A stretch of 64,000 nt of DNA from an uncultured cyanobacterium. GTDB taxonomy: Bacteria > Cyanobacteriota > Cyanobacteriia > Phormidesmidales > Phormidesmidaceae. How positions within the stretch are numbered: the stretch's first letter is position 1; every line of letters begins with the position of its first letter. The position numbers were made by a program, and so were the translations under genes. The stretch covers positions 416,001 through 480,000 of the forward strand of contig CAWBZI010000006.1 of the NCBI GenBank assembly GCA_963793265.1, given 5' to 3'. Shown here piece after piece: positions 49,700 to 59,638 of the stretch. The notes beneath the pieces are model-generated. The model was not told where the DNA came from. It saw only the letters and a list, made by a program, of their open reading frames with translations, and ran no database searches.

Positions 49700-51588
49700 G
49701 CCGAACAGTTAACGTAATTGACTCAATAGGTCTCGTGGTTCTACCTCAGACTTATCTTCTCACACTAACAAACTCTAAATCCGCCATTCATATGCTGATT
49801 GACGTATTAGAACACGAAGATTCTTATGTGCGCGGGCAAGCAGTAGATGCGCTGGGGCAGCTCGGTAGTGAGGCTGCCATTCCTGGATTGATTGGCGCAC
49901 TAGAACACGAAGATTCTTATGTGCGTAGGCAAGCGGTGGTAGCGTTAGGGCGGCTCGGTAGTGAGGCTGCCATTCCTGGATTGATTGATGCACTAGAACA
50001 AGAAGATTTTTATGTGCGCGGGCAAGCGGCAGAAGCGTTAGGGCGGCTCGGTAGTGAGGCTGCCATTCCTGGATTGATTGGCGCACTAGAACACAAAAAT
50101 TCTGATATACGCAGTAAAGCGGTGGTAGCGCTGAGCAAGTTAGGAGACGTTCGTGTGGTCGATTTTCTGATAAAGACAATTAGATACCGAGGCGTAGATA
50201 ATCGCAGAGAATCTGCCTATTTTCTTGGAATATTGACTGAATCTGCTTCGCTATCTCTTTTAGACGAAGCTCTTATTATCAAAGCTCTCGTAGAAGCACT
50301 TGATGATAAATACTTAACCGTTCGCAGGGCCGCGATGCAGACTTTAGTGCAATGGAGCAACTCAAGGTCAATCACAATACTCCAACAATCTCTTCCTAAT
50401 TCAAGCTACACAGATGCTTTTCAGGCATTGGCCGGAATTCAAGAAAAATGTAAGTTCTACAGCTATGACCTCACGCAAACGCTAGTTCCTGCTTCTATCA
50501 AAGAAAACATTATCCAAATAGTGCCGGAAAATCCTTCCGCGCATTCACCCATGACTATAATAAACGTTCTTCATCTGTCTGATCTCCACTTTGGCACCGT
50601 CAAAGCCGCCACGCTTTGGGCCAATCAGCTCGCCACGGATCTTAGCAACGAACTCTCACTCAACACTATTGATACGCTCATTCTCTCTGGTGACATCGCT
50701 AACTACGCCACCCCCGAAGAATATACCGTTGCTCAAAGCTTTATAGAAAGCATTCGACAAGACCTTCAGCTTTCTCCTAACCAGATCATTATTGTTCCTG
50801 GCAATCACGACCTTAGCTGGGATGCTACAGATCCAGAGAGGAACGAAGAAGCTGCCTACAAACTTAAATTCCGTAGCCGTTACACACCAGAAGAGCTGAG
50901 TAGAGAGAACTTTATTCCAGATGGAGAACGCTTTGTTTTAGTCCGCAACGACGATCAATACAAACAACGCTTCGCTAACTTCAACACCTTCTACCAAATC
51001 ATCAAAGGCGTCCCCTACCCTCTCGACTACGCTCAGCAATACACCCTAGACCACCTCCCCCAACAAAATCTCCTTATCCTCGGCCTCAACTCTGCCTGGA
51101 ACCTTGACCACCACTTCAAAGATCGCGTCAGCATCCACCCCGAAGCCCTCACCAACGCCCTCACCAAAATTCGCCGCAACGCTGACAAATACTCTAATTG
51201 CCGCAAAATCGCCGTCTGGCATCATCCCCTCGATAGCCCCTACACAGACCGCATCACCGATCAAAGTTTTCTCGAACAGCTCGCCGTCGCCGGATTTCGC
51301 CTCTTCCTCCACGGCCACATTCACAAAGCCGAAACCAATCAGTTCCGCTATGACATGAGCACAGGCGGCAGAAAACTCGACCGAATCTGCGCAGGCACCT
51401 TTGGCGCACCCACCCACGAACTCACAACCGCTACTCCCTGGCAATACAACCTGCTCCAGTTCAAAGGCAACACCCTCACCGTCCGCACCCGTAAGCGAGA
51501 AAGCGAAAATGGCGCATGGAAGCCTGATACTCGCTGGCTGCAAGGGCCAGGTAAACCAGCATTAGATTACTACACCATAGATCTGTAA
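49700..51588 (+). CDS. HEAT-repeat + calcineurin-like metallophosphoesterase protein, apparently 5'-truncated
   Basis: HEAT repeats (LEHEDSYVR..A..ALG.LGSEAAIPGLI), then LHLSDLHFG, SGD, PGNHD, WHHP, LHGHIH. True start uncertain; the ORF-track start at 49564 is doubtful. Confidence 0.8.
49808..50135 (+). repeat. 93-bp near-identical tandem repeats (about 3.5 copies) encoding HEAT units
   Basis: Units begin TAGAACA at 49808, 49901, 49994 and 50087; CTCGGTAGTGAGGCTGCCATTCCTGGATTGATTG is identical in three units. Confidence 0.9.
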
Positions 51589-51650
51589 AGGACACAGCCC
51601 CAGTTCTCGCTAAGATTTAGAATGGATACGCTGATGCCTTAAGGAGATTT

Positions 51651-51953
51651 ATGAAAAGCATAGAAAGCCGAGTACATGTCAAGACCGCTGTCCAGGCAGC
51701 CATTGACTACATTAAAGACTTATATGCAGGCAAAGCGTTACAGGACTTGCTGCTCGAAGAAGTTGAATTTTCAGAAGCAACGAACCAGTGGCTCGTCACT
51801 ATAGGCTTTTCACTAGCAGAAGAGAAAGAAAAAACTACGACCCTAATCACACCGAATAGAACAGGCCGAGAACTGTCGCGCCGATATAAGGTCGTCGAAA
51901 TTGATGCGCTAACAGGTGAAGCTATATCAATGAAAATAAGGGTTCTACAGTAG
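51651..51953 (+). CDS. Small hypothetical protein upstream of a PIN gene
   Basis: RBS AAGGAG; VK.AV..A..Y..DL...LLEEVE...WLVTIGF...YKVVEID..TGE..SMKIR. Confidence 0.7.
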   Translation: MKSIESRVHVKTAVQAAIDYIKDLYAGKALQDLLLEEVEFSEATNQWLVTIGFSLAEEKEKTTTLITPNRTGRELSRRYKVVEIDALTGEAISMKIRVLQ

Positions 51954-51965
51954 AAAGGCATCTCA

Positions 51966-52445
51966 ATGCGCTGTACAACCCTTTTACTAGATACCAATCT
52001 GTTGCTACTCCTATTTATAGGCGGCAAAGATCCGTCACTCATCCCAAAAGCAAAAACGCTCGCAGCATTCACCAGCGAAGATTACGACCTCCTTGAAGGG
52101 GTTATAAATAAAAACTCGTTCAATCGCCTCGTCACCACACCACATATCATGACCGAGGTATCCAATCTGCTTGGCAAAGAGCGCAGTAATATTCAAAGAT
52201 TGGGTAGAGAGGCTATGGCTGAGTTTCTCAGCAAGTGCACAGAGCATACTGATAGTTCTGCGCTCTTAGTATCCGACCCAGTATTTAATAGATTGGGGCT
52301 GACCGATGTGGCGATCGCTATTGCCTCAAGACTGCCTGCTTTCGTTTTAACCGCTGACGCAGCTTTATATCTACACATAAGTAGCTCTGGCCTAGAGGCT
52401 GAGAACTTCAATCACATACGGCAGGGTGCGTGGAGCTATCAGTAA
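51966..52445 (+). CDS. PIN domain protein
   Basis: LLDTNLL, TEVSN, GLTD, LTAD acidic tetrad intact. Confidence 0.8.
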   Translation: MRCTTLLLDTNLLLLLFIGGKDPSLIPKAKTLAAFTSEDYDLLEGVINKNSFNRLVTTPHIMTEVSNLLGKERSNIQRLGREAMAEFLSKCTEHTDSSALLVSDPVFNRLGLTDVAIAIASRLPAFVLTADAALYLHISSSGLEAENFNHIRQGAWSYQ

Positions 52446-52523
52446 GTCATTAACAAATTAAGCAGGGCTACTGAGAAGCTAAAGCCAAACGTCAGTTAGC
52501 GGTATGATCTGAAAAACTGAACA

Positions 52524-53057
52524 ATGCAAAACCGATACGCAATGGAACTGGCTGAAGACTATATGGGCAACGTGAGCGAAAGTGCTGATATTGCCAGGCG
52601 GGTGATGCAGTTTCAGCGAGAAGGGCGCTGCTTGGAAGTGGAAGTTGGGAGGAGCGATCGCACCAAAGGCCGCATTCTCACACAAACGCTTTCTGGAAAA
52701 TCTGTCGGTATTGTAAAAGGCCGAGACTGGCCGCTGCGAGAGGGAGACGTGTTCTCTACAGTAAAACGGAATTTGGTATTGGTAAGCCTCAAGCAGCAGC
52801 AGGTGATGGCGATTCGGATGGAGGAAGGAGCGAGCAATGGGGCGATCGCGCTACTACACTTGGGGCATGCGATGGGCAACCAGCACTGGCCAGTCACCAC
52901 ACAGGGCGAAACGCTGTATGTAGAGCTAGTCACAGAGGCCGCGCAGATGGAAAAGACACTGCGCAAGCTATCGGACGCTTTAGGCATTAGAGGACTAAAC
53001 ATTAGCTTTGAAACTCAATCTGACAACCTGAACTTCTCTACGGGTCACGCTCATTAA
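52524..53057 (+). CDS. ureE: Urease accessory protein UreE
   Basis: LREGDV, LGHAMGNQHWP, C-terminal HAH. Confidence 0.85.
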   Translation: MQNRYAMELAEDYMGNVSESADIARRVMQFQREGRCLEVEVGRSDRTKGRILTQTLSGKSVGIVKGRDWPLREGDVFSTVKRNLVLVSLKQQQVMAIRMEEGASNGAIALLHLGHAMGNQHWPVTTQGETLYVELVTEAAQMEKTLRKLSDALGIRGLNISFETQSDNLNFSTGHAH

Positions 53058-53066
53058 AGCCGCGTT

Positions 53067-53762
53067 ATGAACAACACACTCGAACAACAGTTTGTGCTGA
53101 TGCAGCTAGCAGATTCCTTTTTTCCTTCTGGCTCCTATACGCTTTCGCACGGATTAGAGAGTTTGGTGCAGGCCGGGCGAGTGGCGAATGCTGAAGATGT
53201 AAAGAGTTTTGTACGGCTGCTGTTGTGCAATAAGGTGGCGGGGACTGATTTGGTTGCGATCGCCCATACCCACACAGCCAGCAAGACTAATAACATCGCT
53301 CACATCACAGCTATAGACGCTCTGCTATTTGCCCAAACGCCGATTGAAAAAACGCGCATTGCGCAGCGTCAGAGCGGGCGAGCTTTGTTAATGGTAGCCG
53401 GTAAAACCTGGCCTCATGAGCAGTTAAAAGCAATCGGTGAGCTAACGGCGACAGGAAAGATGAACTGCCTGCACCCCGTCGTATTTGCAGCAGTCGCGCA
53501 GGTAGCCGGGCTAAACCAGCAGGCAGCGCTAGTGGCCTTTGTGCATGGCTTTACAACCGGGCTATTGGGGGCGGCAATACGCTTAGGGGCCATTGGGCAC
53601 TTGCAGGCGCAGCAGATCAGGCGAGCGGTAGCAGCGGATATGGCGGCAGTCTGTGCAGAAGCGATCGCGACACCCTTGAGTGAAATGTGGTCGTGCACGC
53701 CCCTGATTGACCTGGCTCAAATGCAACAGGGAAAGCTCTCCAGGCGTTTGTTTGCGAGCTAG
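53067..53762 (+). CDS. ureF: Urease accessory protein UreF
   Basis: QLADSFFPSGSYTLSHGLE, AAIRL..IG, RLFAS. Confidence 0.92.
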   Translation: MNNTLEQQFVLMQLADSFFPSGSYTLSHGLESLVQAGRVANAEDVKSFVRLLLCNKVAGTDLVAIAHTHTASKTNNIAHITAIDALLFAQTPIEKTRIAQRQSGRALLMVAGKTWPHEQLKAIGELTATGKMNCLHPVVFAAVAQVAGLNQQAALVAFVHGFTTGLLGAAIRLGAIGHLQAQQIRRAVAADMAAVCAEAIATPLSEMWSCTPLIDLAQMQQGKLSRRLFAS

Positions 53763-53920
53763 TGACTCAACAGCCGTGCAAGCCCCAAAAGATAGAAAAA
53801 CATCGTAATGCTGTAGTTTTATGACGATATTGCATCGTGAGCTTGCATTTAGCTTCATATGAAGCGCTTAATCTATGTAGAGTCGCTAACGTTAGCAGGT
53901 AGCCGTTATAGAAAACGGCT

Positions 53921-54583
53921 ATGCAAATATACGAACGAATATATACAGTTGAGTATCATTTCATGGGTGCAGATGAACTAGACGAAAGACTAAAACGAAT
54001 CGCTGCTGTTGCTCAGCACTATCCAAAAGGTAGCCAGGGTCGAAACAAGGCAATCTCACGCTTGTTAATGGCGGTAGAACGCTCAGAAAGGCTTTGTTAC
54101 AGTGACCAAAGCAGCTATTCTGTCGAGGTTTATCACGAAGCGATGCAGGCGCTGCGGCTATATGTTTTTAAGCATATTGATGCTTACGATCCGTCTCGAA
54201 CAAAGATATTAGCATGGCTAAATAAGAAGCTGGATATCGCCCTTAAAGAGGCGATCGCCCTTCATTTAAAACGACAGCACCATCAGGCCACCTTAGAAGA
54301 GGATGCGCTACCTAAAGCTGAATGCCCTAGCCCTTATAATCCATTGCTCTCAGTCCAGGTTCGACAGATTATTGAGGACGATCCCGACGACATTTTTAAG
54401 CAGCGGCACGTAAGAGGACGACCCGAGGTGAACTTTAGAGCGATCGCACTTAAGACCTGCTCAGGCTACAGCCGCCGCGAAATTGCAGCAGAGCTGGGCC
54501 TTCAAGAACAAACGCTGTACAGCTTCTTCACCAGATCTTGCAAGTCTCTAAAGCCCCTGTTCGATAGATATCTCAAAGAATAG
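53921..54583 (+). CDS. Sigma-70-like factor of the cyanobacterial DUF1822-associated type
   Basis: Region-2-like IDAYDP...LAWLN and C-terminal HTH SRREIAAELGL..QTLYSFF.R; alternative start ATG 53963. Confidence 0.7.
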   Translation: MQIYERIYTVEYHFMGADELDERLKRIAAVAQHYPKGSQGRNKAISRLLMAVERSERLCYSDQSSYSVEVYHEAMQALRLYVFKHIDAYDPSRTKILAWLNKKLDIALKEAIALHLKRQHHQATLEEDALPKAECPSPYNPLLSVQVRQIIEDDPDDIFKQRHVRGRPEVNFRAIALKTCSGYSRREIAAELGLQEQTLYSFFTRSCKSLKPLFDRYLKE

Positions 54584-54643
54584 AGTATTAAACATTCAGC
54601 CATTGCCTAGCTTCTTTGCTAAACCCAAACTACAAGAATGTAA

Positions 54644-55585
54644 ATGATTGACCGTCATGACCTCACGTACGGAACCCTCGCCTTGGAGGAAGCGCTGACC
54701 TTCACCGTAAACTTTCCGGGGGCCGTACTCGCACAAGCTGAGAGGGTTTGCCAGCAGTATCTGTTACAGCAAAAAGCGCAGGCGGCTTATCTAAACGCAC
54801 TGGCTCTGTATGCAGTCAGTTTCTATTGCGACTGTCTGGACGTTGAAAATCACCTGCCTAATAGCAATAGTACGAAGCTGGCGCTGCAAGTACTCACAGG
54901 CACAGCCGAGCTAATTACGGCAGATGGCACCCTGATATGCTGCTCAGTCTTACCAGGAAGCAAAGCCTGCTATATTCCGCCTAATATAGACGTTAACGCA
55001 GTAGGTTGTGTTGTTGTTGAGGTAGATACCGACCGCAATCAGGCAGTACTGATAGGGTTCACCTCTGCTGTGAATGAGGGCGAGCTGCCAATCCATCAGC
55101 TTCAGCCGTTAGAAGCCCTCATCGACCGGCTGATTGTGGAGGAGGAATTCGCTCTATCTTCAGCGCCCACTGAACTAAACCGTTGGTTTGAAGATAGCTT
55201 TGGCCGTGGATGGCAGCATCCAAAAGCCGTCTTAGCAGCTAGCCACCGAAGCAGCGACGAAGGCGGCATTATTGATGTCGGTACGGCCAGGCTTAGAGCG
55301 AAAACTTTGGCCATTGGGGTGTATCAGCTAGTGCTGGTAGTTCAAATTGATAGGATAAGTAACGGCTTAGAGATCGCAATGAGCGTTCATCCAATCCTGA
55401 ATCAAGTTCTGCCCGTGGGGTTAAAACTAGAGCTTTTGAACGATCGCGATGAGACTGATGTGAGAATGACAGTCAGTGAAAATGACAATTACCTGTCGCT
55501 GACGTTCCAAATCGATCTTAATGAAGCCTTTAGCGTACGAATAACTGTTGCAGATCAAAGTGTGAAAGAACGGTTTATAAGCTAG
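54644..55585 (+). CDS. DUF1822 family protein
   Basis: AYLNALA.YAV, GCVVVE.D...A.L.GF, L..WF...F..GWQ, LP.GLKLELL, DNYL, E.FSV.I...E.F. Confidence 0.8.
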   Translation: MIDRHDLTYGTLALEEALTFTVNFPGAVLAQAERVCQQYLLQQKAQAAYLNALALYAVSFYCDCLDVENHLPNSNSTKLALQVLTGTAELITADGTLICCSVLPGSKACYIPPNIDVNAVGCVVVEVDTDRNQAVLIGFTSAVNEGELPIHQLQPLEALIDRLIVEEEFALSSAPTELNRWFEDSFGRGWQHPKAVLAASHRSSDEGGIIDVGTARLRAKTLAIGVYQLVLVVQIDRISNGLEIAMSVHPILNQVLPVGLKLELLNDRDETDVRMTVSENDNYLSLTFQIDLNEAFSVRITVADQSVKERFIS

Positions 55586-55619
55586 GGCAACGGGTGAGGG
55601 CAACAAAGCGGCGAAAACA

Positions 55620-57860
55620 ATGTCAAGGATAGAGCTAATTTTACGAAGGTCGAGCAATACCGACGCCTACGATGCCGATTTAGTCATTTTTGACGAGCAT
55701 GGAAACCCTTCTCAGGTGGTCGATTCACTCGCCCCAATGCCCGCCGAGCTAAAGCGATCTATTGAAAAATGGCAGCAGTCTTTTTCTCAGCTTGTGGGCA
55801 CACGCAGGGGCACCATCAGACCGGGAAAGATGGTTTATGGCAACTGTTCTAACCATGCTGAAGCGGTTAGACATCAGGCGCTCTGCTGGCTGTCTTCGCA
55901 GGAAAGCTGGCAGCGATTACAGGCGTATACGCAGCAGCTTGTCTCTGAGGGCGAAGAAGTTCAGGTAAATATTCAGACGGTGGATGAAAAGCTCCGCTTG
56001 CTGCCCTGGAATGAGATGTTTTCTTCTCATCATCGCTATGTAGAAACCTCCATTAGCTTAGCCAGGGAATTTCGCCGTCAGGGCTGTCTGCGGGTGCAGC
56101 CCAAGGTAAGGATATTGGCGGTGTTGGGGAGTCCGGGTGAGCCGGATTTGATGGGTTGTGATGAAGGTAGGTTGCGATCGCCCAGTCCCATAGACATCAG
56201 ATTTGATGGGCAGCTCATAGAACAAACCCGGCTGCGAGGATCCACTATTAAAACCCTAAATCAGCCGACGGCTAAGGAGCTGAAGTCTGCACTGCGAGAG
56301 GCCCAAGGCTGGCATATTTTCTTTTTTGCCGGTCATAGCAAAAGCCAGCAGGACAAAACCCTGGGCTCAGTTGTATTGAACGGGCAGGAGGAGCCGCTGA
56401 AAATAGACGAGCTAACGCATGAGCTAAGCATTGCGATTGAAAATGGCTTGCAGATTGCAATCTTCAACTCTTGTGATGGCTTGGGGCTCGCTAAGCAGCT
56501 CTGTGATCTCAATTTGCCGCAAAGTATTGTAATGCGAGAGCCAGTGCCCGACGATGTGGCCAAAGACTTTTTACAACAGTTTTTAGCTGCGTTCTCTAAT
56601 CATCAGTCGCTGTTTGAGTCAGTGCGCCGTGCCAGAGAATATTTAAAGGCAGAGTGGGACGCGCCCGATCGCTACCCAGGCGCAAGCTGGCTGCCAACAA
56701 TCGTGCGCAATCCAGCCGCAAGCGTGCCGCTGTGGAGTGATTTTGTCTCCGAGTCACCGCTATCTAGACGACAGCTATGGCCGCTGGCCGCTGTGATGAT
56801 GATGGCAGTAGTAAGTTTGCCGCTCAGTTTGTACCTGGAGTTCAGCAGCGAGTTGGGCACTAGTCCGAATCTGCCCAAGCCTGCATACATCTACTATGCG
56901 CAGCTCTATCCACACATTGTTCTGTATCCACCGCTGTTTTTGTGGGCGGCCTACTACGCGCTATACAAGGCATGGTGCCAAATTAGAACCCGGCCCAATC
57001 TCTGGCGACAGATTGCTTTTTGCCTGGCGATTGGCAGCATTGTGCTGAGTATAGAGGCGACTTCCGATAATATGATGTTTTTGGAGCTGCGATCGCAAGC
57101 TGAATCAATAGCCGAAATTAAGCCCGAGCTTGCCGAAAAGATTTCAACGGTTCCTAAGTCAATTATTGACACGGCTCCGCTTATCAATAGCCGTAAAAAT
57201 GAAATCACAATCAGAAAAACAGATTTAGAACGGGCGCTAGAGAACTTTAAGCATCTACGGCGAAAGAACGGGGTGCTCAGCGATAGTCAAGTCTCTGCCT
57301 ACCATGAATTTATGAAGACAGGTCTGGCATATGACACCTGGAAAGGCGAGCATATGTTCTCTATGAGTAGAACAGCCTACTTGGTGTCTTCGGCTGCTAT
57401 GATTCTAGCAATACTGGCCTCTATTGTTCTTTGGCAAGAGATTGGCAAGCGGCACGTTTTCAATGCCGGACAGTACGTCCGCTACATTATTACAACAGAG
57501 GTGATACTGCTGTTTTGGTTTCCTTTGCGGCTGTATCACAACAGAGCCACAGCGGGCGATATATTCGGCAATTCAGGTGCTTTAAGGGGATTAGATGTTA
57601 TTGCTTATCCTATTTTGATGGCTGTTTTACTCACCAGTCTTTACAAATCACGCAAATTCAACGCTAATTTTATGACAGGCGTCTCCTGTCTACTAATCAT
57701 GTTTGTGTTCCTATCTTTCGGCATTGCCCAGCCTCAGCTTGTTAGCCTATTTTTTGGTACAGCTAGCTCTCCGATTACCTGGGTAGTGTGGCCGCTACTG
57801 GTGCTAGCTAGCATTTACATCGCTCACTCCGACGCTCTCACCACCAAAGCAAAACGTTGA
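55620..57860 (+). CDS. CHAT (caspase-like) domain protein with multi-pass membrane C-terminus
   Basis: LPW, FFFAGHS (catalytic His), AIFNSCDGLG (catalytic Cys), MREPVPD.VA, ASWLP; about 8 hydrophobic segments follow. Confidence 0.88.
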   Translation: MSRIELILRRSSNTDAYDADLVIFDEHGNPSQVVDSLAPMPAELKRSIEKWQQSFSQLVGTRRGTIRPGKMVYGNCSNHAEAVRHQALCWLSSQESWQRLQAYTQQLVSEGEEVQVNIQTVDEKLRLLPWNEMFSSHHRYVETSISLAREFRRQGCLRVQPKVRILAVLGSPGEPDLMGCDEGRLRSPSPIDIRFDGQLIEQTRLRGSTIKTLNQPTAKELKSALREAQGWHIFFFAGHSKSQQDKTLGSVVLNGQEEPLKIDELTHELSIAIENGLQIAIFNSCDGLGLAKQLCDLNLPQSIVMREPVPDDVAKDFLQQFLAAFSNHQSLFESVRRAREYLKAEWDAPDRYPGASWLPTIVRNPAASVPLWSDFVSESPLSRRQLWPLAAVMMMAVVSLPLSLYLEFSSELGTSPNLPKPAYIYYAQLYPHIVLYPPLFLWAAYYALYKAWCQIRTRPNLWRQIAFCLAIGSIVLSIEATSDNMMFLELRSQAESIAEIKPELAEKISTVPKSIIDTAPLINSRKNEITIRKTDLERALENFKHLRRKNGVLSDSQVSAYHEFMKTGLAYDTWKGEHMFSMSRTAYLVSSAAMILAILASIVLWQEIGKRHVFNAGQYVRYIITTEVILLFWFPLRLYHNRATAGDIFGNSGALRGLDVIAYPILMAVLLTSLYKSRKFNANFMTGVSCLLIMFVFLSFGIAQPQLVSLFFGTASSPITWVVWPLLVLASIYIAHSDALTTKAKR

Positions 57861-58447
57861 GAAAGGTACTATGGCTACTGATTCTCTTCTACATCCTTCC
57901 GCCCATCAGCATTACGCTCAGCGTGCTTTCTTTTGAGTCCAGGTTTGTTCTACTGCTGGCAATAGTGCCTACGCTTGCACTGATTCGGCCTAGCCAGGAA
58001 ACAACGCTTGCGGCTTTAGGTATCAGCAAAAAAGGCGTCACCAAATCGATTCGCGATATCTTTCCGGGAACGCTGCTAGTTCTACTCTTAATAGCTGTTC
58101 TTGATACAGTGGTAGACGATCGCACTCGAATAGACAACTCAGACTTATCCGTAATGTTCTACGCATTCTACGCGCTGATATCTTGTCCGGCACAAGAGTT
58201 TGTCTATCGCGGATATTTATTTCGTCTGATGGCGCTACTACAGCTTAGTAAATGGTCAAGAATCCTACTGGGGGCGCTACTCTACAGCGCTATTCATCTC
58301 TTTTATCTCAATGGCTGGACGCTTCTATTCACGCTAGTCGCCGGTATTTTCTGGAATATTTACTACGACAAGTCGAAAAACCTAGCAGGTGTTGTCGTCA
58401 GTCATATAGTCTTAGGTACGGCTATGATTAGGTTCGGCTTTGTGTAG
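57857..58447 (+). CDS. CPBP (CAAX/Abi) intramembrane glutamic protease
   Basis: QEFVYRG, YSAIH, V.SH; start overlaps the CHAT gene stop. Confidence 0.8.
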   Translation: MRKVLWLLILFYILPPISITLSVLSFESRFVLLLAIVPTLALIRPSQETTLAALGISKKGVTKSIRDIFPGTLLVLLLIAVLDTVVDDRTRIDNSDLSVMFYAFYALISCPAQEFVYRGYLFRLMALLQLSKWSRILLGALLYSAIHLFYLNGWTLLFTLVAGIFWNIYYDKSKNLAGVVVSHIVLGTAMIRFGFV

Positions 58448-58458
58448 CAAATAGCAGA

Positions 58459-59382
58459 TTGCATTCAATGAGGGTCTTGCAAGTGACACATTCCCCAGTC
58501 CTAGAAGGTACACCTGGCTCTGAGATTACGGTAGATAGAGATTTGGTGCGATCGCTATTAAAAGAACAGCATTGCGATCTTGCCGAGCACTCTATACAGC
58601 CAATGGGGTCAGGATGGGACAATGCAATGTTTCGGCTAGGTGAAACAATGACCGTTCGCCTGCCCCGCCGAAAGCTCGCTGCTGGTCTTATCGAACATGA
58701 GCAGACGTGGCTACCTCAGATTGCAAACCGGCTGACGCTTCCTACACCCGTGCCGCTGAGAGTAGGCAAGCCTTCAGCGAGCTATCCCTGGCATTGGAGC
58801 GTTTTGCCGTGGATAGATGGCGAGACGGCGGATGTTGCAGAACCGAATCGTGAGCAGGCAGTGAGGTTTGGAGAGTTTTTGCGATCGCTCCACACCCCAG
58901 CGCCCACCACCGCACCAAGCAATCCGTTTCGAGGCATATCTTTGCTAGCGCGATCGCCCCAAACCCAACCCGTTCTCGAAAGGTTAGAAACTCAAACCCC
59001 TTTAATTACCCCACGTATAAAACAAATCTGGCAGGAGGCGCTCTGGGCTCCAACAACTGATGAGAAGAGATGGCTGCACGGCGATCTTCACCCGCGTAAT
59101 GTTTTAGTAAAAAAGGGTATTATCAGCGGCGTTATTGACTGGGGCGATATGACATCAGGCGACGTTGCGACCGACTTAGCTGCCGTTTGGATGCTGTTCT
59201 CGGATGTGAAAACACAAAGCCTAGCGCTTTCTCAATATGGCGCTTCTAAACTAGAGACTGTTAGAGCAAAAGGGTGGGCAATTTCTTTTGCGGTATTTCT
59301 GTTGCACACAGGGTTGATTGATAATTCAAGAAACGCAGCAATTGGCGAGAGAATTCTACAGCGATTACAGGTGGCATCCTAG
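58459..59382 (+). CDS. Aminoglycoside phosphotransferase-like kinase
   Basis: GWDN, VRLPR, WLHGDLHPRN, VIDWGD; exact start uncertain. Confidence 0.88.
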   Translation: MHSMRVLQVTHSPVLEGTPGSEITVDRDLVRSLLKEQHCDLAEHSIQPMGSGWDNAMFRLGETMTVRLPRRKLAAGLIEHEQTWLPQIANRLTLPTPVPLRVGKPSASYPWHWSVLPWIDGETADVAEPNREQAVRFGEFLRSLHTPAPTTAPSNPFRGISLLARSPQTQPVLERLETQTPLITPRIKQIWQEALWAPTTDEKRWLHGDLHPRNVLVKKGIISGVIDWGDMTSGDVATDLAAVWMLFSDVKTQSLALSQYGASKLETVRAKGWAISFAVFLLHTGLIDNSRNAAIGERILQRLQVAS

Positions 59383-59638
59383 TGCAGTAGCTCTGATAGT
59401 CTCTGGTAGGCTTTAATAGTGTACTCAAAGATGTTTTTGTGCTTATAGGGCAGCTTGCGCTAAGCACGAAGTCGCCGATTGATTCATGCCGCTGTGACAC
59501 TTAATGGGATACTCGCGAGTGTTGGCATAGATCCGAAGTGATTTTGAGAATGTTCTATCCTCAATCTATTGCTGTAATGCTGAGTGTTGGCAATCGTTGA
59601 TAGGCCGTCGTTGACAGGCTGTCTGCAGTAGGTCATGT

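Noticed and set aside
34131..58447. Retron or diversity-generating retroelement behind the repeats and structured RNA
   Set aside because: No reverse transcriptase ORF and no template/variable repeat pair with adenine-specific differences were seen.
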